Source: Saccostrea cucullata | Taxonomy: Eukaryota | DNA: 64,000 bases | Assembly: GCF_032062105.1 (NCBI RefSeq) | Contig: NW_026940370.1 | Location: forward strand, 868,001 to 932,000 | Direction of reading: 5' to 3' | Shown here: positions 13,701 to 26,602 of the stretch, one piece after another | Position numbering within the stretch: position 1 is the first letter of the stretch | Layout of the letters: the number at the start of each line of letters is the position of its first letter | Program-made: the position numbers and the translations under genes | The notes under the pieces: model-generated | What the model saw: only the letters and a program-made list of their open reading frames with translations | Databases searched by the model: none | What the model was told of the DNA's origin: nothing

Positions 13701-15845
13701 TTCTTCACTACAGATAAGTGTTCCTTATGCCTGGTCCCCCTCTATTGTTGACCTACAGATCTTCAGGGTTGGACAGTTAGCTATCATCTCTGTACCAGCA
13801 GAATTCAGGTCAGCAATCAATGTTTGACAAAATACTGTAGTAAAATGTAAGGAGATGATTGTAAATGATTGATTTTACTGTATTTTAGTAACGGTATGCA
13901 TCTTCCAAACCTTAACGATAATTTTATTACATTTCAGTACTATGTCAGGAAGAAGAACAAGGGACAGTATAACAGCTGTAAGTTATGATAATTAAATATA
14001 GAAGTGGTTATAAAGCAAAATTTATGAAAATATGCAAAACTTTTTTCAATTTTTTTCATATTCAAGACATTGAAAGCATCAGGTCTGCCTGCCAATACAG
14101 TGTCTGTGATTGCTGGTCTGACCAATGACTATGCTGACTATGTCACAACATATGAAGAATACCAGGTATGCAACTATCATTTTTCAAATTAATTAAAGTT
14201 ATCATAAGAATTCATGAATTTTATTTGAACAAAAAGCACTTAGTACTCTGAATTTTGGGAAGTTTTTTATTCTTATAAACTGTATAACGCTCTAAAATAT
14301 CATGCGAGTATATCATTCAAATGTTTTGTTGACAGGAAGAATAGTTTATTACAGGGAATAATTACTTTCAATTTTAGTATTTTCTTTTATTTTGAATGTC
14401 AGATTCAGAGGTATGAAGGAGCCTCAACCATCTATGGACCTCATACACTGGAAGCATTCATACAGGAATTCAATAAACTCGCAGTAGCTCTTGCAAAGGT
14501 AAAATATGGACATACATGTATACATCAACAGCTAGTAATGTGAAATTTATTTCTTCTTGAATAAATCTAATTTTCTAACATTAATTTAAATTTCAACTTA
14601 GTTGGCATTAGCTCTTAGAAACTTACAGTAAGATAGAATGCTGACCATAAATGGCATTGTCAATATGGAAATTTAAACAATCGTTTTCATTAACATAAGG
14701 TAAAGATTCTCTTAAGGTTATCTTCATCAATCTGGACTTGTAACAGTCAATGGTATGTATATTTGTATTTCTTTATTATAAGGGTACACCAGCACCTCCA
14801 GGCCCCACCCCTCCCAACCTGATGGACAGACAGCTGTCTTTCCTCCCTCCACTTATCTTTGACCATGCTCCTTTTGGGAATAGTTTTGGTGATGTTGTCA
14901 CTGATGCCAATCCACAGTATAAACAGGTAAAATACATGTACTGGTAGTAATTTCTTAATTCATGATCTTATCTCTCTTTTGTTTCTTCTTCATTTTACTT
15001 CTAAAAGAACATATCATTTCCTTTCTTTTGATTTTAGGGAGATTCTGTGCAAGTAACATTTATAGGAGCCAATCCAAGAAATGATGTGAAGGTACCATAA
15101 CTTTTCAAAGACTTATAACTTTCTTATCTATAGAAAATTTAGATGACACACCTTCTAATGTGTTGTTAAAAATCATTTGATTTTTATTTTTAGTTGGAGG
15201 ATACATTCTTGACTGTGGAAATGCAGCAACCTGACAAAAGCTGGAAAGTTATGTACACAGACAGCCAGTGGGAAACAAAGTAAGCTTTCAATGGCCAGAA
15301 TTATTATATTGCCTTTAAGAAAACAGAAAGATTTGATTTGTCAAAATTCCTAGGCCGCAAAGAATCAAAGCAAGCTTTTTAAAAATATTCATCAGAATTA
15401 TGTAAGCTTTTAATAGTTGGTGAGAATTGCTACATTGTTGTTGTTTGTATACATATATATAGAATTTGTAGTGTTTGCATGAAATAATTTTGTTATGTGT
15501 TTTGAATTACATGTATTAACGGTTTATTTCATCATTAGATTTGAATGGAAGCACACCAGCCTGTTGCTTGGAGAGAGCCAGGTGACCATTACTTGGGATA
15601 TCCCTCAGAACCAGACCCCAGGAACCTACAGAATTCAGTACTTTGGAGACTCCAAAAGCTTAGATAGAAAAATCACAAAGTTCACTGGGAAATCAACCGA
15701 ATTCAAGGTCATGACCCCCAAACAATACAGGAAGCATAAGTTTGAGGCACCTAAGAGGGTAAATGAAGTATTGAAAAAGAACTGGAACTCTCTATTTAAA
15801 CATAAATATAGTCAAGATATGTTTATTTCGAACAAAAAGCACTGA
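7708..15845 (+). CDS. ASAH2: Neutral ceramidase (N-acylsphingosine amidohydrolase), ~740 aa, 19 exons
   Basis: Exons 7708-7842, 9050-9199, 9630-9806, 10199-10326, 10962-11039, 11206-11326, 11922-12044, 12205-12291, 12445-12552, 12846-12927, 13234-13346, 13714-13808, 13938-13977, 14067-14165, 14403-14498, 14783-14926, 15038-15091, 15194-15279, 15539-15845; all GT-AG, 2223 nt in frame. Hydrophobic N-terminus; family motifs GIADITGP, THTHSGPGG, INRSP, WFAVHCTSM, NEGDVSPN, AAGTTDGPG, QRYEGASTIYG. Confidence 0.96.
10361..10795 (+). repeat. Six diverged ~75-90-bp copies of the ceramidase exon-4 3' end plus donor site, in intron 4
   Basis: Units resemble AAGTCCTACAGCCTACCTCAATAATCCTGCAGAAGAGAGAGCCAAGTAAGT (10282-10332); intact GTAAGT at 10407, 10550, 10642 and 10721. 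Confidence 0.85.
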
Positions 15846-17553
15846 AAATTGTTGTTTGTCAGGTTTATTGAGATCTTTGCAATATTGGTTTTTCAATGAT
15901 ATTATTTTGTAAAGCGGCTTTCACTTAATTTACACATAAAAAATATTTTGATCTGGAATCGACCTGATATGGTACAAACAAGTTATCTAATATTCTTTAA
16001 ATGTCGGATTTTCGGGTTTGAATATGATCAATTATTATATGTAAGATTACATAAATCTGAATAATCTTTCATTAATTTTTTTTCATTTGTAAATTATTGT
16101 TGATTTGTTATGAAGTGTTGTATATCAGAAATCCATTTCTTGTGGTCTGTCTTTTAAACCATTACCTGTTTATATGTGTTCTAAACATTCTTATATTTCT
16201 AAAAAATGCTATTTTGATTTTGTTATGCATTGCAGTATATTTCAAATAATTGTCATCCAAAGTTTTCATCTATTCATTAAAAGTTTACCATGACAGTTTA
16301 AGATTACGTATAGAATTTGACATCATGTATATTTTTAAAATTATTTTATAATCATCTGTAAAAAGTTCAGTGATACATTTATAACTGAACATGATTGAAA
16401 GCTTTTCAAATGATTTGAAAGGAAATGTTACATCAGAAATATACCGGTATGTGTCATTCTGTAATGTTTGACTTGAAATATGTGTATGACAGATGTTTAA
16501 TATGTCTCTTTGTTATTTAATTTACATAATGAATGTGCCAAATAATGAATTCCTTTTTGTACATGTACAATTTAATTCTCTATGTTAATATTTTCTATGA
16601 TTCGTTAATTTTCTTTCTGATTGTCATTAAATGTGAAAAAGTTTATTGTGTATTGATTCTAAGACAGCACCAAAAACAGCTGCAGTGTAGTGTGCATCAT
16701 TTTCAATGTAGTTCAGAAGAAAAAGAAACAAAAATGAGGTCCATGGATCACAAAGCTCACCTGAGTTATATTGACACTGCTATTTTTAAAACAAGATATT
16801 CAACAGGTTTTCTACAGAAAAATGTCTTAAGATGTGTTCTCATCCAAGTCCCAAGTGGTCAGGACTCATGGAACTTGTGTCCACTTAGCATAGGAATAAA
16901 TAGCTAAAATGGAATTGTTGCTCTGGTGAAAAAGCCTTTTTTAAAAGTGTTTTCCTGAATTTAGCCTCTTCCTAGCCCTAAGGTCCATAATTTAAGGGAA
17001 AAATAAACAAGGACCCATGCAATGAGAAAATATTTTCATTCTGATGTGATAAATTGTGGCCCTGCTCTTGATTTTTTTCAATTTTTAAACAAAATGCAAA
17101 CCCCTATCATGGTTCCACCCAGCACCTGGGAATCCAAAATTTGAACAAACTTGAATTGTTCTATATTTTGTTATGTAAAACTTTGATCTCTTAATTTGGC
17201 CCCATCTTTCTCCTGAAGGCCATGAACTGAAAAAATGAGAAATCACGTTTAACCCGAGGCCTACACTTTTAGGAAATACTATTTGTGAATTTCAGTATGT
17301 AAATGTCACCGATCTTGGAGAGACATCATATTTCGATTGATAGCAACAATTTACGTACTAGTAATTTTCGTTTGAAATAATCTAGGTCTCAAGCGTTAAT
17401 TATTATTATATATTACAAATTTATCCCAGCTAAGGGGATTCAATTCTCTGGGATGATTCGGACAATACGTATATGATTATTATTTGAACTGGAATGTTAA
17501 ATGTTATAATTTCAGCACCAGTGAAGTTATAAGTACGCCCTGGATGGTGATTA

Positions 17554-18615
17554 CGAGGGGTTATCAAAAAGTTCGTGGACTGAAGCTATAAAATTAGTAC
17601 TATGTAGTCTGTGCCTTCAAAATTTACGAGGAACATAAAACAACAAAAAATAAAGAAATGTTGAAAAATGTAGCCTGATACGTTCACTATTTGCCAAATT
17701 ATTATAAAATGAAAACGACATTATATGATTACCCGACCCCGTCGTCGTTTAGTTTCCAGACGTCCGACAAAGTCATTGTTTTTCAATGTCCGCTTCTTCT
17801 ACCTCATACACTTTTTTGATGAGATTCCCTGGAGCTGAGTAAGGATTTAAACCCGCCTTGTTTATATGACTTTACAATGTCATGAACAGTGGTCTTTAAT
17901 GAATATAATATTCCAAATGGATTAATATATTGGGAGAGATCCGCGCTTGATTGTGCCGGCATATTTTGCTTTTGGGAGTTCAATATCTACGTACAACTCT
18001 TGATCAATGTCGTTTTTTTGCGCGATTGATTTTTCACACCTTGACTGCAAATCGGCTTTAACTTTGTATTCCTTTTCTCTCTGAATCTATTTTGACATTA
18101 AAAGACAAGTACCCTGGATGCATATTATTTCTCTCTAGCCAGTTTCAACATATTTTAGGTCTATACCAGTTTTTTCAGGGGTAAAACTTTATAGAATGTT
18201 GGAAACGGAAACCCCTCCCCCCTTTTGACGTCATTTTCAAGGCCTCATTTGTTTGGACATTCCGTGTAAAATTTACGATAAAATTTCATAGAACTTCCAG
18301 AATGAAGTGAAAACTTCATATTCTATGGAAAAATTGTGTCCCAACACATACCTGAATTAACGGGAATTTCGGATGTCAAATGATCATATCGAAAGAGTCA
18401 TAGGTCGCAAAAACCTCGTTTTCGAGGTTGCGCCGCCTGGACAAACCATTGCTTACAAAAACATTACTAATTTATTAAAAAATAAAATTCATGATTTATG
18501 GTTTATTCTTTCGATAGAAAAGATGATGCTAACTAGATATCTTAAAATTCATTGATGTACCTAAAGCAGTTTTAATTTTATGACGCTAGTCCACGAACTT
18601 TTTGATAACCCCTCG
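17554..18615. mobile_element. Non-autonomous Tc1/mariner-type element
   Basis: 28-bp perfect TIR CGAGGGGTTATCAAAAAGTTCGTGGACT, TA on both sides, no transposase ORF. Confidence 0.9.
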
Positions 18616-18677
18616 TACACAGAAGCTCTGATTCGTAAAAGGAATGTGTTGACTCTCGATGTATCTTAGGTCCCCTA

Positions 18678-19865
18678 CATAGGCGTAGTCACGGGGGGGG
18701 GGGCAGCGGGGGCACTAGCCCCCCCCCACTTTCAGATCGGGGGGGGGCAAGAGTATGTCTGTGCCCCCCCCCCCCCACTTATTGTAGAACAAAATCACAA
18801 GCTATGTTGAAAAAATATTAAACCCTCATTTTATGGCAAATTTTCAACAACAACTGAGTGATATCATTTCTTTTGAAGTAATAATTGTATAATATAGTAA
18901 TGAAATCTGTCGAGACCTCTTGTTTTCGCTAGTATGGGATAGGGAGTGTGGGTCATAAATTTAAGTTTAGATGTTTCTGTTTCACTCAGCATCTGTTATC
19001 TAACAAAATTAAATGGGAATCACAAGCTGCCCCTTGTGTTGACATCTAAAAGTCATTATTTATTTGCTGTTACGGTATCCCATTTCTTGTTTAACACATA
19101 GTCAAAAAGTAAGTTTTGTCAAACTTCCGGCTTTTTAATTATTTAATTTTGCTGATTCATTAGCACTCTTTTATGTTTACATATATGTACTATAGAATAT
19201 ATTCTAGCCAATCCAAATCTCATCAAAATAAGTAATTTCTACAAGATAGCTGCAGTATTGGAGATTCTGATTTCGGTATACCTGTGATGAATGTCAATCA
19301 ACTTTAAAAATACTATTTGAAATCCTCTCATTCAGCTTCATCGTCGGAAAGCCACGGGTGATCTCGTCTTTACTTAAAGACGAGATCACCCGTGGCTTTC
19401 CGACGATGATTCAGCTTAGACAGGGGCTTGATATCACTTAGGCTAGCAGATTTAAGGGGGTGTGAGGGGCGCACACCCTTAAAATTTTTTAAAAGTATGA
19501 TATAATGATTAATATTATTAATGCCATACTTTGATACATATCTAACCAATGCCACTATTTCTGTTTCTGGTTTTACTATTAAATTACACGAAAACTCAGG
19601 AGCTTCCAGGGGCTTCGCCCCCTAGTCCCCCACCATTCAAAGTGTGAAATGACTAATATTATATCAAACCTTACTTTGGTATACCCACTGGGGGCCTAAA
19701 GGCGGCTCCCTGACCCCCTGCTTGAACGAAGTTATCAATCCCCCACCCCAGTATTACATATGCTGTATTCGCCCATGGATATTACATGTTATACATTTAA
19801 CAACTTAGGTACATTGTACTATATGCCGGTGCCTCCTCACTTTTAAGTTTGTGACTACGCCTCTG
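18678..19865. mobile_element. Non-autonomous TIR element with 5-bp TSD
   Basis: CATAGGCGTAGTCAC...GTGACTACGCCTCTG, flanked by CCCTA on both sides. Confidence 0.8.
19339..19408. mobile_element. 70-bp perfect hairpin element with 9-bp TSD
   Basis: 34-bp perfect arms (CATCGTCGGAAAGCCACGGGTGATCTCGTCTTTA) with a 2-nt spacer; ATTCAGCTT at 19330-19338 and 19409-19417. Confidence 0.85.
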
Positions 19866-20204
19866 CCCTATATAAAGCGACTACCAGACCTATTCTATTC
19901 AACTTTTATAACATTTACGAGAATCTTTCGGAAGAAGAAATCCACTAAAAATTTTGAAAACGTATATATCTCAGATACTGGAGTAATGTCATCACAAAAC
20001 TGTTATCCAAACAGGTTCAAATAATTATTTATCATACACAAAGTTTGCGTAAATATCGACAACACCGAGTACTTTTTCTCCAAGTGCATTCATATAGCCG
20101 ATACTAACGCACTTCCAAAAGATTTTTTTACAATGTGCGTTTACTTGGTTTCTTTAACGCACTTTGAAAAAAAGAGTAACACATCTTATAAGGGTTACGT
20201 TATC

Positions 20205-20769
20205 TATGGCACGCCAAATTCACAAAAATGAGCTAAACCTAGTTTCACAATTGATAAACTAGGTTTATCGACTGTAAACTATAGTTTACAAACCGTGAAC
20301 TATAGTTTTACAATTCGTTAACTATAGTTTTCATCTGTAAAACTATATTTAACGGTTGTAAATTATAGTTTACGAATGATAATTTAAGTTTATCTGTCTG
20401 TATACTCGTAATAAAACGTTAACAATAGATTTTGCTGATAAACATGGATTCACGTCTGTAAACTATAATTTACGATCGTTAACTATAGTTAAGAGTTGTA
20501 AACCATAGTTTACAAATCGTGAAACTGTATATATTAGATAATCTACATGTGTATGTTTTGCAATCGCAAATGATTGTTTTCGGTGTTAAGTATAGTTTAC
20601 AGTTGTGAAACATAGATTATCGCGTTAACTATGGTTTACAGATGTAAAATATAGATTAACGTTGTTAACTATAGTTTACAGTCCGTAATCTATAGTTTAC
20701 AACCGATAAACCTAGTTTATCGATTGTGAAACTATGATTATCTCATTTTCGTGAATTTAGCGTGCCATA
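20205..20769. mobile_element. MITE with TATGG termini, 6-bp TSD and internal AACTATAGTT repeats
   Basis: TATGGCACGCCAAATTCAC...GTGAATTTAGCGTGCCATA; TSD GTTATC; second copy at 32614-33226. Confidence 0.88.
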
Positions 20770-20809
20770 GTTATCGACAGCATATAATGCACATAGATTA
20801 GAATGCCCA

Positions 20810-21728
20810 AAGTAAGGTCTTCTCACAAGAAATACTAATGTGAAATAGAAAGCCATAACACCACCTGTTTATAAGTTATGGCCAAGAATAAGTTTTTGAA
20901 AAGTAGGTCAAATTTCAGGGTCAATGTCAGAGGGTTAAAGTAGTTTAATTATTTCCAAAGAAAAGTCTTGTAACAAGGATTACAAATGTGAAGTATGAAA
21001 GCCCTAGCTCTAACTGTTCAAAATTATGGCCAAAGGTTAAAGTTTTGAAAAAAAGGTTAAACTCCAAGGTCAAAGGGTCAAAGTTGTTGGTATCTATTGA
21101 AAAGTCTTGTCACAAGGATTACATATATAAAGTATGAAAGCCCTAGCCCTAATCCTTTAAAAGTTATGGTCAAGGTTCGTTTTTAAAATGTAGGTCAAAA
21201 TCCAAGGTCAAGGTCAAACGGTCAATGTTTTTGACAATGTTTTTCCAATAAAAGGTCTTCTTAGAAGGATTACATATGTGAAGTATGAAAACCCTAGCCC
21301 TTATCGTTCAAAAATTATGTCCGAGGTCAGAGATTTTTTAAAAGTACGTAAATCTCCAAGGTCAAAGGGTCAAAGTTGTTGGTATTCAATGAAAGGTCCT
21401 GTCACGAAGAATAAATACTTGAAGTATGAAAGTCCTTATATCTACCGTTGAAAAGTTATGGCCAAAGTAGAAGTTTTGAATTTTTGTGTAAAAGTGTGTC
21501 AAACTACCAGGTCAAGGTCAAACTATCAAGTTTGGTGGTACCCAAAGAATGGCCTTGTCACAAGGAATATACATGTGAATATAAGAAGTCATATAGGTCC
21601 ACTAAATCAAAAGTTATGGACAAGGTTAAAGTTTTTGCGGATAAACAGACAGACATATAGACAGACAGAAGGATGGATACGACATAAACAATATACCCCC
21701 GAATCTTCGATTACGGGGCATAAAAAAA
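20810..21728 (-). mobile_element. HINE-type element with satellite core (AAGGTCAAGGTCA/ATGAAAGCCC units)
   Basis: About 6 diverged ~130-150-bp units, then GACAGACA microsatellite and terminal hairpin CCCCGAATCTTCGATTACGGGGCATAAAAAA; left edge approximate. Confidence 0.7.
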
Positions 21729-22054
21729 TGGAAAGGGGGGTGGGGTCCATAAGTGTCTGTGTGTCCTATGTTCGTTTTACATTTGTATTAAATTAGCAAT
21801 AGTTTATCTAAACAAATATGCAGTGTAATTAAACTGTTGCTATCTTGAACTTTCTGTGCAAAATTTTTCCAACATTAAACAGTTGTGGCGTTCCATACAA
21901 TTGACTGTGGGACAAAGTTTATCAGATGATTATCAAGGGATTATCGATATACTATTAACAACACATTCACGGTTTGGGAAATCAGGAATATATTTTTAAA
22001 AAGAAGGAAATACAAAAAACAAAAAACAAAAACAGAACAACACTTTTGTAAGGG

Positions 22055-25000
22055 ATGGAGTCCGGAGACAAGGACCATGCGATGTTTATTGACCTGCTGG
22101 ACAAATATTCACAGCTTGACCAGCTAAAGGTGAGTTCATGTATGGAACGCTCTCAGTGATAAAAATCTTTATCAATGACACACTGATTAAAATAGCTTTT
22201 TTCAATCCGTTAACACTTTTGGGGAACGAGAATCGTTTAATTTTTTTTCTTTCCTGTAAAACGTAAATTTGAAAATATCAAAGACAATTTTTTTTTATTT
22301 CATTATTATTAATTTCAAACTTATTAATGCATGTAATATAAATGTACAATGTACATGTACAATGTATTCATCTCTTAAACTTGTAATACTTTTAATTCGT
22401 CTTGATCTAAATTTAATTATGAAGTTTCTGAAGTCTTTTAGTGGCCCAGATACCACTGTATTGACCTCAGTTGGAGATGGGAATCTGAATGACGTCATCA
22501 GAGCTAAAAAGTCTGGACAAAGTATTATTCTTAAGCGGGCGCCTCCTTATATAAAGGTAAAATCGGTGGTACAGCTCATAGTTTTTCTTCATTTTTTCGT
22601 ACATCAGGGTTCTACACAGGATATACATGTAGTTAGTCAAGAGCCAGGAATAGTAAATACCAGAAACACTAATCATCATGCCGAAAGTTTATCAATCTGG
22701 TAAAGCTTGGAACATCCAAGATCTCAACATTCGACACTCCCCCGCCCCCTAAAATGAAAACAATTTTATTACGAAAGCTGTTGAATTTTATAGTATCCTT
22801 GAGACTCCCATTGTTTACTCAATGTAAATAGACACACGATTTACAATGTAAAAATTTGCCATACTGGTATATGACTCTAAAGTACAGCAAGTGTATAATG
22901 AAAACATGCCACTGCAAATTGTTTTCTGTTTAATATTCATATTCATTCACATATTTATATATCACAAAATTAAATTAAATTTACATACTTTAATTAAATA
23001 TAAAAAACGACTTTATATAATGCTGCTTGTAATTATTCTAAGAATGAAGAGTTGAAACTGCATGAACGATTTAAAGAAAAGAAAATGATCATTTTTAGTG
23101 TCCTTCCCAATGGATAAACATGTATGCATCCAACCATCTCAGCTAGGTTACATAAAGCATAAATTACTTTTTATGATGTGATCTCTTATTTGTAATTTAC
23201 CATTCCCTGCCAGTGTTTAGGCCCTAGGTACTCGCTGGACCCGTCCCGGGGCCAGACTGAGTATGACGCCCTCTGTGTGTTTTCTGATCATTTACTCTAT
23301 TCCAGTGTTTAGGCCCTGAGTACCCGCTGGACCCGTCCCGGGGCCAGACTGAGTATGACGCCCTCTGTGTGTTTTCTGATCATTTACTCTATTCCGGTGT
23401 TTAGGCCCTGAGTACCCGCTGGACCCGTCCCGAGGCCAGACTGAGTATGACGCCCTCTGTGTGTTTTCTGATCATTTACTCTATTCCAGTGTTTAGGCCC
23501 TGAATACCCGCTGGATCCGTCCCGGTGTCAGACTAAGTATGACGCCCTCTGTGTGTTTTCTGATCTGATCACTTACTCTATTCTAGTGTTTAGGCCCTGC
23601 GTACCCGCTGGACCCGTCCCGGGGCCAGACTGAGTATGACGCCCTCTGTGTGTTTTCTGATCATTTACTCTATTCCAGTGTTTAGGCCCTGAGTACCCGC
23701 TGGACCCGTCCCGGGGCCAGACTGAGTATGACGCCCTCTGTGCGTTTTCTGATCTGATCACTTACTCTATTCTAGTGTTCAGGCCCTGAGTACCCGCTGG
23801 ACCCGTCCCGGGGCCAGACTGAGTATGACTCCCTCTGTGTGTTTTCTGAACTGATTTCTTACTCTATTCCGGTGTTTAGGCCCTGAGTACCCGCTGGACC
23901 CGTCCCGGGGCCAGACTGAGTATGACGCCCTCTGTGTGTTTTCTGATCACTTACTCTATTCCAGTGTTTAGGTCCTGAGTACCCACTGGACCCGTCCCGG
24001 GGCCAGACTGAGTATGACGCCCTCTGTGTGTTTTCTGATCACTTACTCTATTCCAGTGTTTAGGCCCTGAGTACCCGCTGGATCCGTCCCGGGGCCAGAC
24101 TGAGTATGACTCCCTCTGTGTGTTTTCTGTTCACTTACTCTATTCCAGTGTTTAGGCCCTGAGTACCCGCTGGACCCGTCCCGGGGCCAGACTGAGTATG
24201 ACGCCCTCTGTGTGTTTTCTGATCTTTTACTCTATTCCAGTGTTTAGGCCCTGAGTACCCACTGGACCCGTCCCGGGGCCAGACTAAATATGACGCCCTC
24301 TGTGTGTTTTCTGATCTTTTACTCTATTGCAGTGTTTAGGACCTGAGTACCCGCTGGACCCGTCCCGGGGCCAGACTGAGTATGACGCCCTCTGTGTGTT
24401 TTCTGATCATTTACTCTATTCCAGTGTTTAGGCCCTGAGTACGCGCTGGACCCGTCCCGGGGCCAGACTGAGTATGACTCCCTCTGTGTGTTTTCTGATC
24501 ATTTACTCTATTGCAGTGTTTAGGCCCTGAGTACCCGCTGGACCCGTCCCGGGGCCAGACTGAGTATGACGCCCTCTGTGTGTTTTCTGATCATTTACTC
24601 TATTCCAGTGTTTAGGCCCTGAGTACCCGCTGGACCCGTCCCGGGGCCAGACTGAGTTTGACGCCCTCTGTGTGTTTTCGGACCTCGCACCTCGCAGTGT
24701 ACCACAACCGTACTTCTATGACAAGGAGTCGAGAACACGTGTGTAAAATCCAAACCACTATTTTATTTTATTTTTTTTAATTTTTTTTTTTTGGTAGAAT
24801 GACTTCTCTTTTCAAATGCTTTTTTTATTTTGATCTATAATGTATGAAATTGGGACATTTGAATGGTGGGAATAATTAACAATAGAATGAAATGAACTAA
24901 AAAATCTTAAGATTTATCAATATCAATAAAATGCTTAAGTTGGCTTTCATAGTCAGAATCAACAAACAACTGTAAGAAACTAAGAACCCATTGTCTTCTT

Positions 25001-26602
25001 TCAGTCTGTATGAAAGATTTACTGAAGTATAAGGATTTTCGTAAACAACTCATAAGCGGAGTTTGTTCTATGGCAGCAGTAAAGAAATTAGCCAGAGACA
25101 TTGGAAAAGTTCACAATAAAACTCATGTCGCCAAAATTAGCGAGAAGAGATTTAGTGAATACAAAAACAAATTTCAGTGAGTCAAACATCGTTACAGGAA
25201 TTGTCAGATTATTAATTTTAGAGCTAAACGTGTAGACTAGCAGTTGCTTATATATGGTAGGAAAGTTCTTCGCCCTTTAGTTTCCATCTTTTTCCTGTAT
25301 TAGTAATAATTTAGTATGCATGTATTTCCAGAGATACTGAACTAGTCACTCTTACTGAGCAGTACATCTTCACGAAACCCTTCGACAAATGTGATGCTAC
25401 AAACAAACTTACAGACGACATCAGTTCTAGTCTTCCACAACTATACGATGATCCTAGAGTCTTAGATGTAGCAAAGGACATGAAGCATATTTTCTTGACG
25501 AAGAAAGAATGCCTTGTACACGGTGATCTACATACGGGTTCTGTTATGGTGGATGGTGCTAACACAAAAGTAGGTTCACATAGCTAAAAGGACACTAAAT
25601 GCCATACATATGATTTTTAAAAGTAATCATCCCCTTGCAACGGAGTAGAGGGGATTTACTCGTAGTAACGCGCAAATTGTGTGTGAGTTTGCAGTTTGTG
25701 TCCTGTACGAAACAGAAGTGACGTAATTTGATCGGGATCAGTGTCAAATAATATCTTGAATTATAGGTATGCTCTTTGGATGTTCTGCTTTGTGGTGACT
25801 TCGATGCAAAATTTTCAGCAATTTATGAATAATGATCCAGGGAAAGCAAAGATATTAAAACGCTCTGTATTGATGTTATAAACGGATAGAGGGGTTCTCA
25901 TGTCAATCAATTCTAAATTCAAATCTTTACACATCCTTGAAGGCTGAACTTCAACATTATTTTTTTTAAGATCATAGACTTGGAATTTGCATACATGGGG
26001 CCTCCAGCTTTTGATATTGGGCTTCTTCTTGCCAATTACATTTTCTCGTATTATGGCCACATGTCAATACCAGAAGACCACGATAGACATAGGAAGTTTG
26101 CGCAACTCATGATAGAGGCATGCAAAGTGACAGGTAATAGTATAGAAATGTGATGGGTTACAGTTATTTTATTTAATAAGGTAAGAAATACTTGTTGAAC
26201 CAAATAAACATTTTTCTTCAGTAAACAAATACCTTAAGGAAATGAAGAGTTTTGTTGGAGAGCTACAGTCCTACCAAGATAAACTACTATCTGAAATGGC
26301 TGGGTTTGCTGGTTGTGAATTAATTAGACGGTAGGCCACATTTCATTTTCTTAAAAATTGTTGATATCACCTTTTTCATGCAGGAATAATATAATACAGC
26401 TATTTCTATTTTATTCTTCGTATTTGTGAAACAAAATTTTTTAATCGTTTTCAGGGTGGTTGGGGCTGCACCAGTGGAGGACCTCCATAGCCCCTACAGT
26501 AAACAGGACGCCTTGGGGGCCGGGGTACGCCTCCTCCTGGGGAGACATAACATTACAACAGTAGACAAACTCCTTGTCATCGCTCTGATGCTGACCCACT
26601 AG
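22055..26602 (+). CDS. mtnK: 5-methylthioribose kinase-like protein (MtnK family), ~385 aa, 8 exons
   Basis: Exons 22055-22129, 22434 (or 22425)-22556, 24609-24738, 25005-25176, 25332-25569, 25971-26133, 26222-26330, 26455-26602, with consistent phases. Motifs VGDGNLN, ILKRAPPY, YPLDPSRGQTE, HGDLHTGSVM, IDLEFAYMGP..FDIG and GFAGCELIRR match the MTR kinase signature. Confidence 0.9.
23214..24679 (+). repeat. 16-copy 92-bp tandem array made of the MTR-kinase exon-3 acceptor and first ~71 coding nt
   Basis: Exon-part starts at 23214, 23306, 23398, 23490, 23587, 23679, 23776, 23873, 23965, 24057, 24149, 24241, 24333, 24425, 24517, 24609; each translates roughly CLGPEYPLDPSRGQTEYDALCVFS; only the last copy continues into the rest of the exon. 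Confidence 0.95.

Noticed and set aside
17554-18615. Autonomous mariner transposase
   Set aside because: No long ORF or DD34D/E motif visible; only TIRs are retained.
23573-23761. 62-aa minus-strand ORF
   Set aside because: Antisense by-product of the 92-bp repeat.
23214-24679. CRISPR-like array
   Set aside because: Units are near-identical along their whole length with no unique spacers, derive from a host exon, and the context is eukaryotic with no cas genes.
22055-26602. Bacterial contamination as source of mtnK
   Set aside because: Seven GT-AG introns with consistent phases and host-like flanking repeats.
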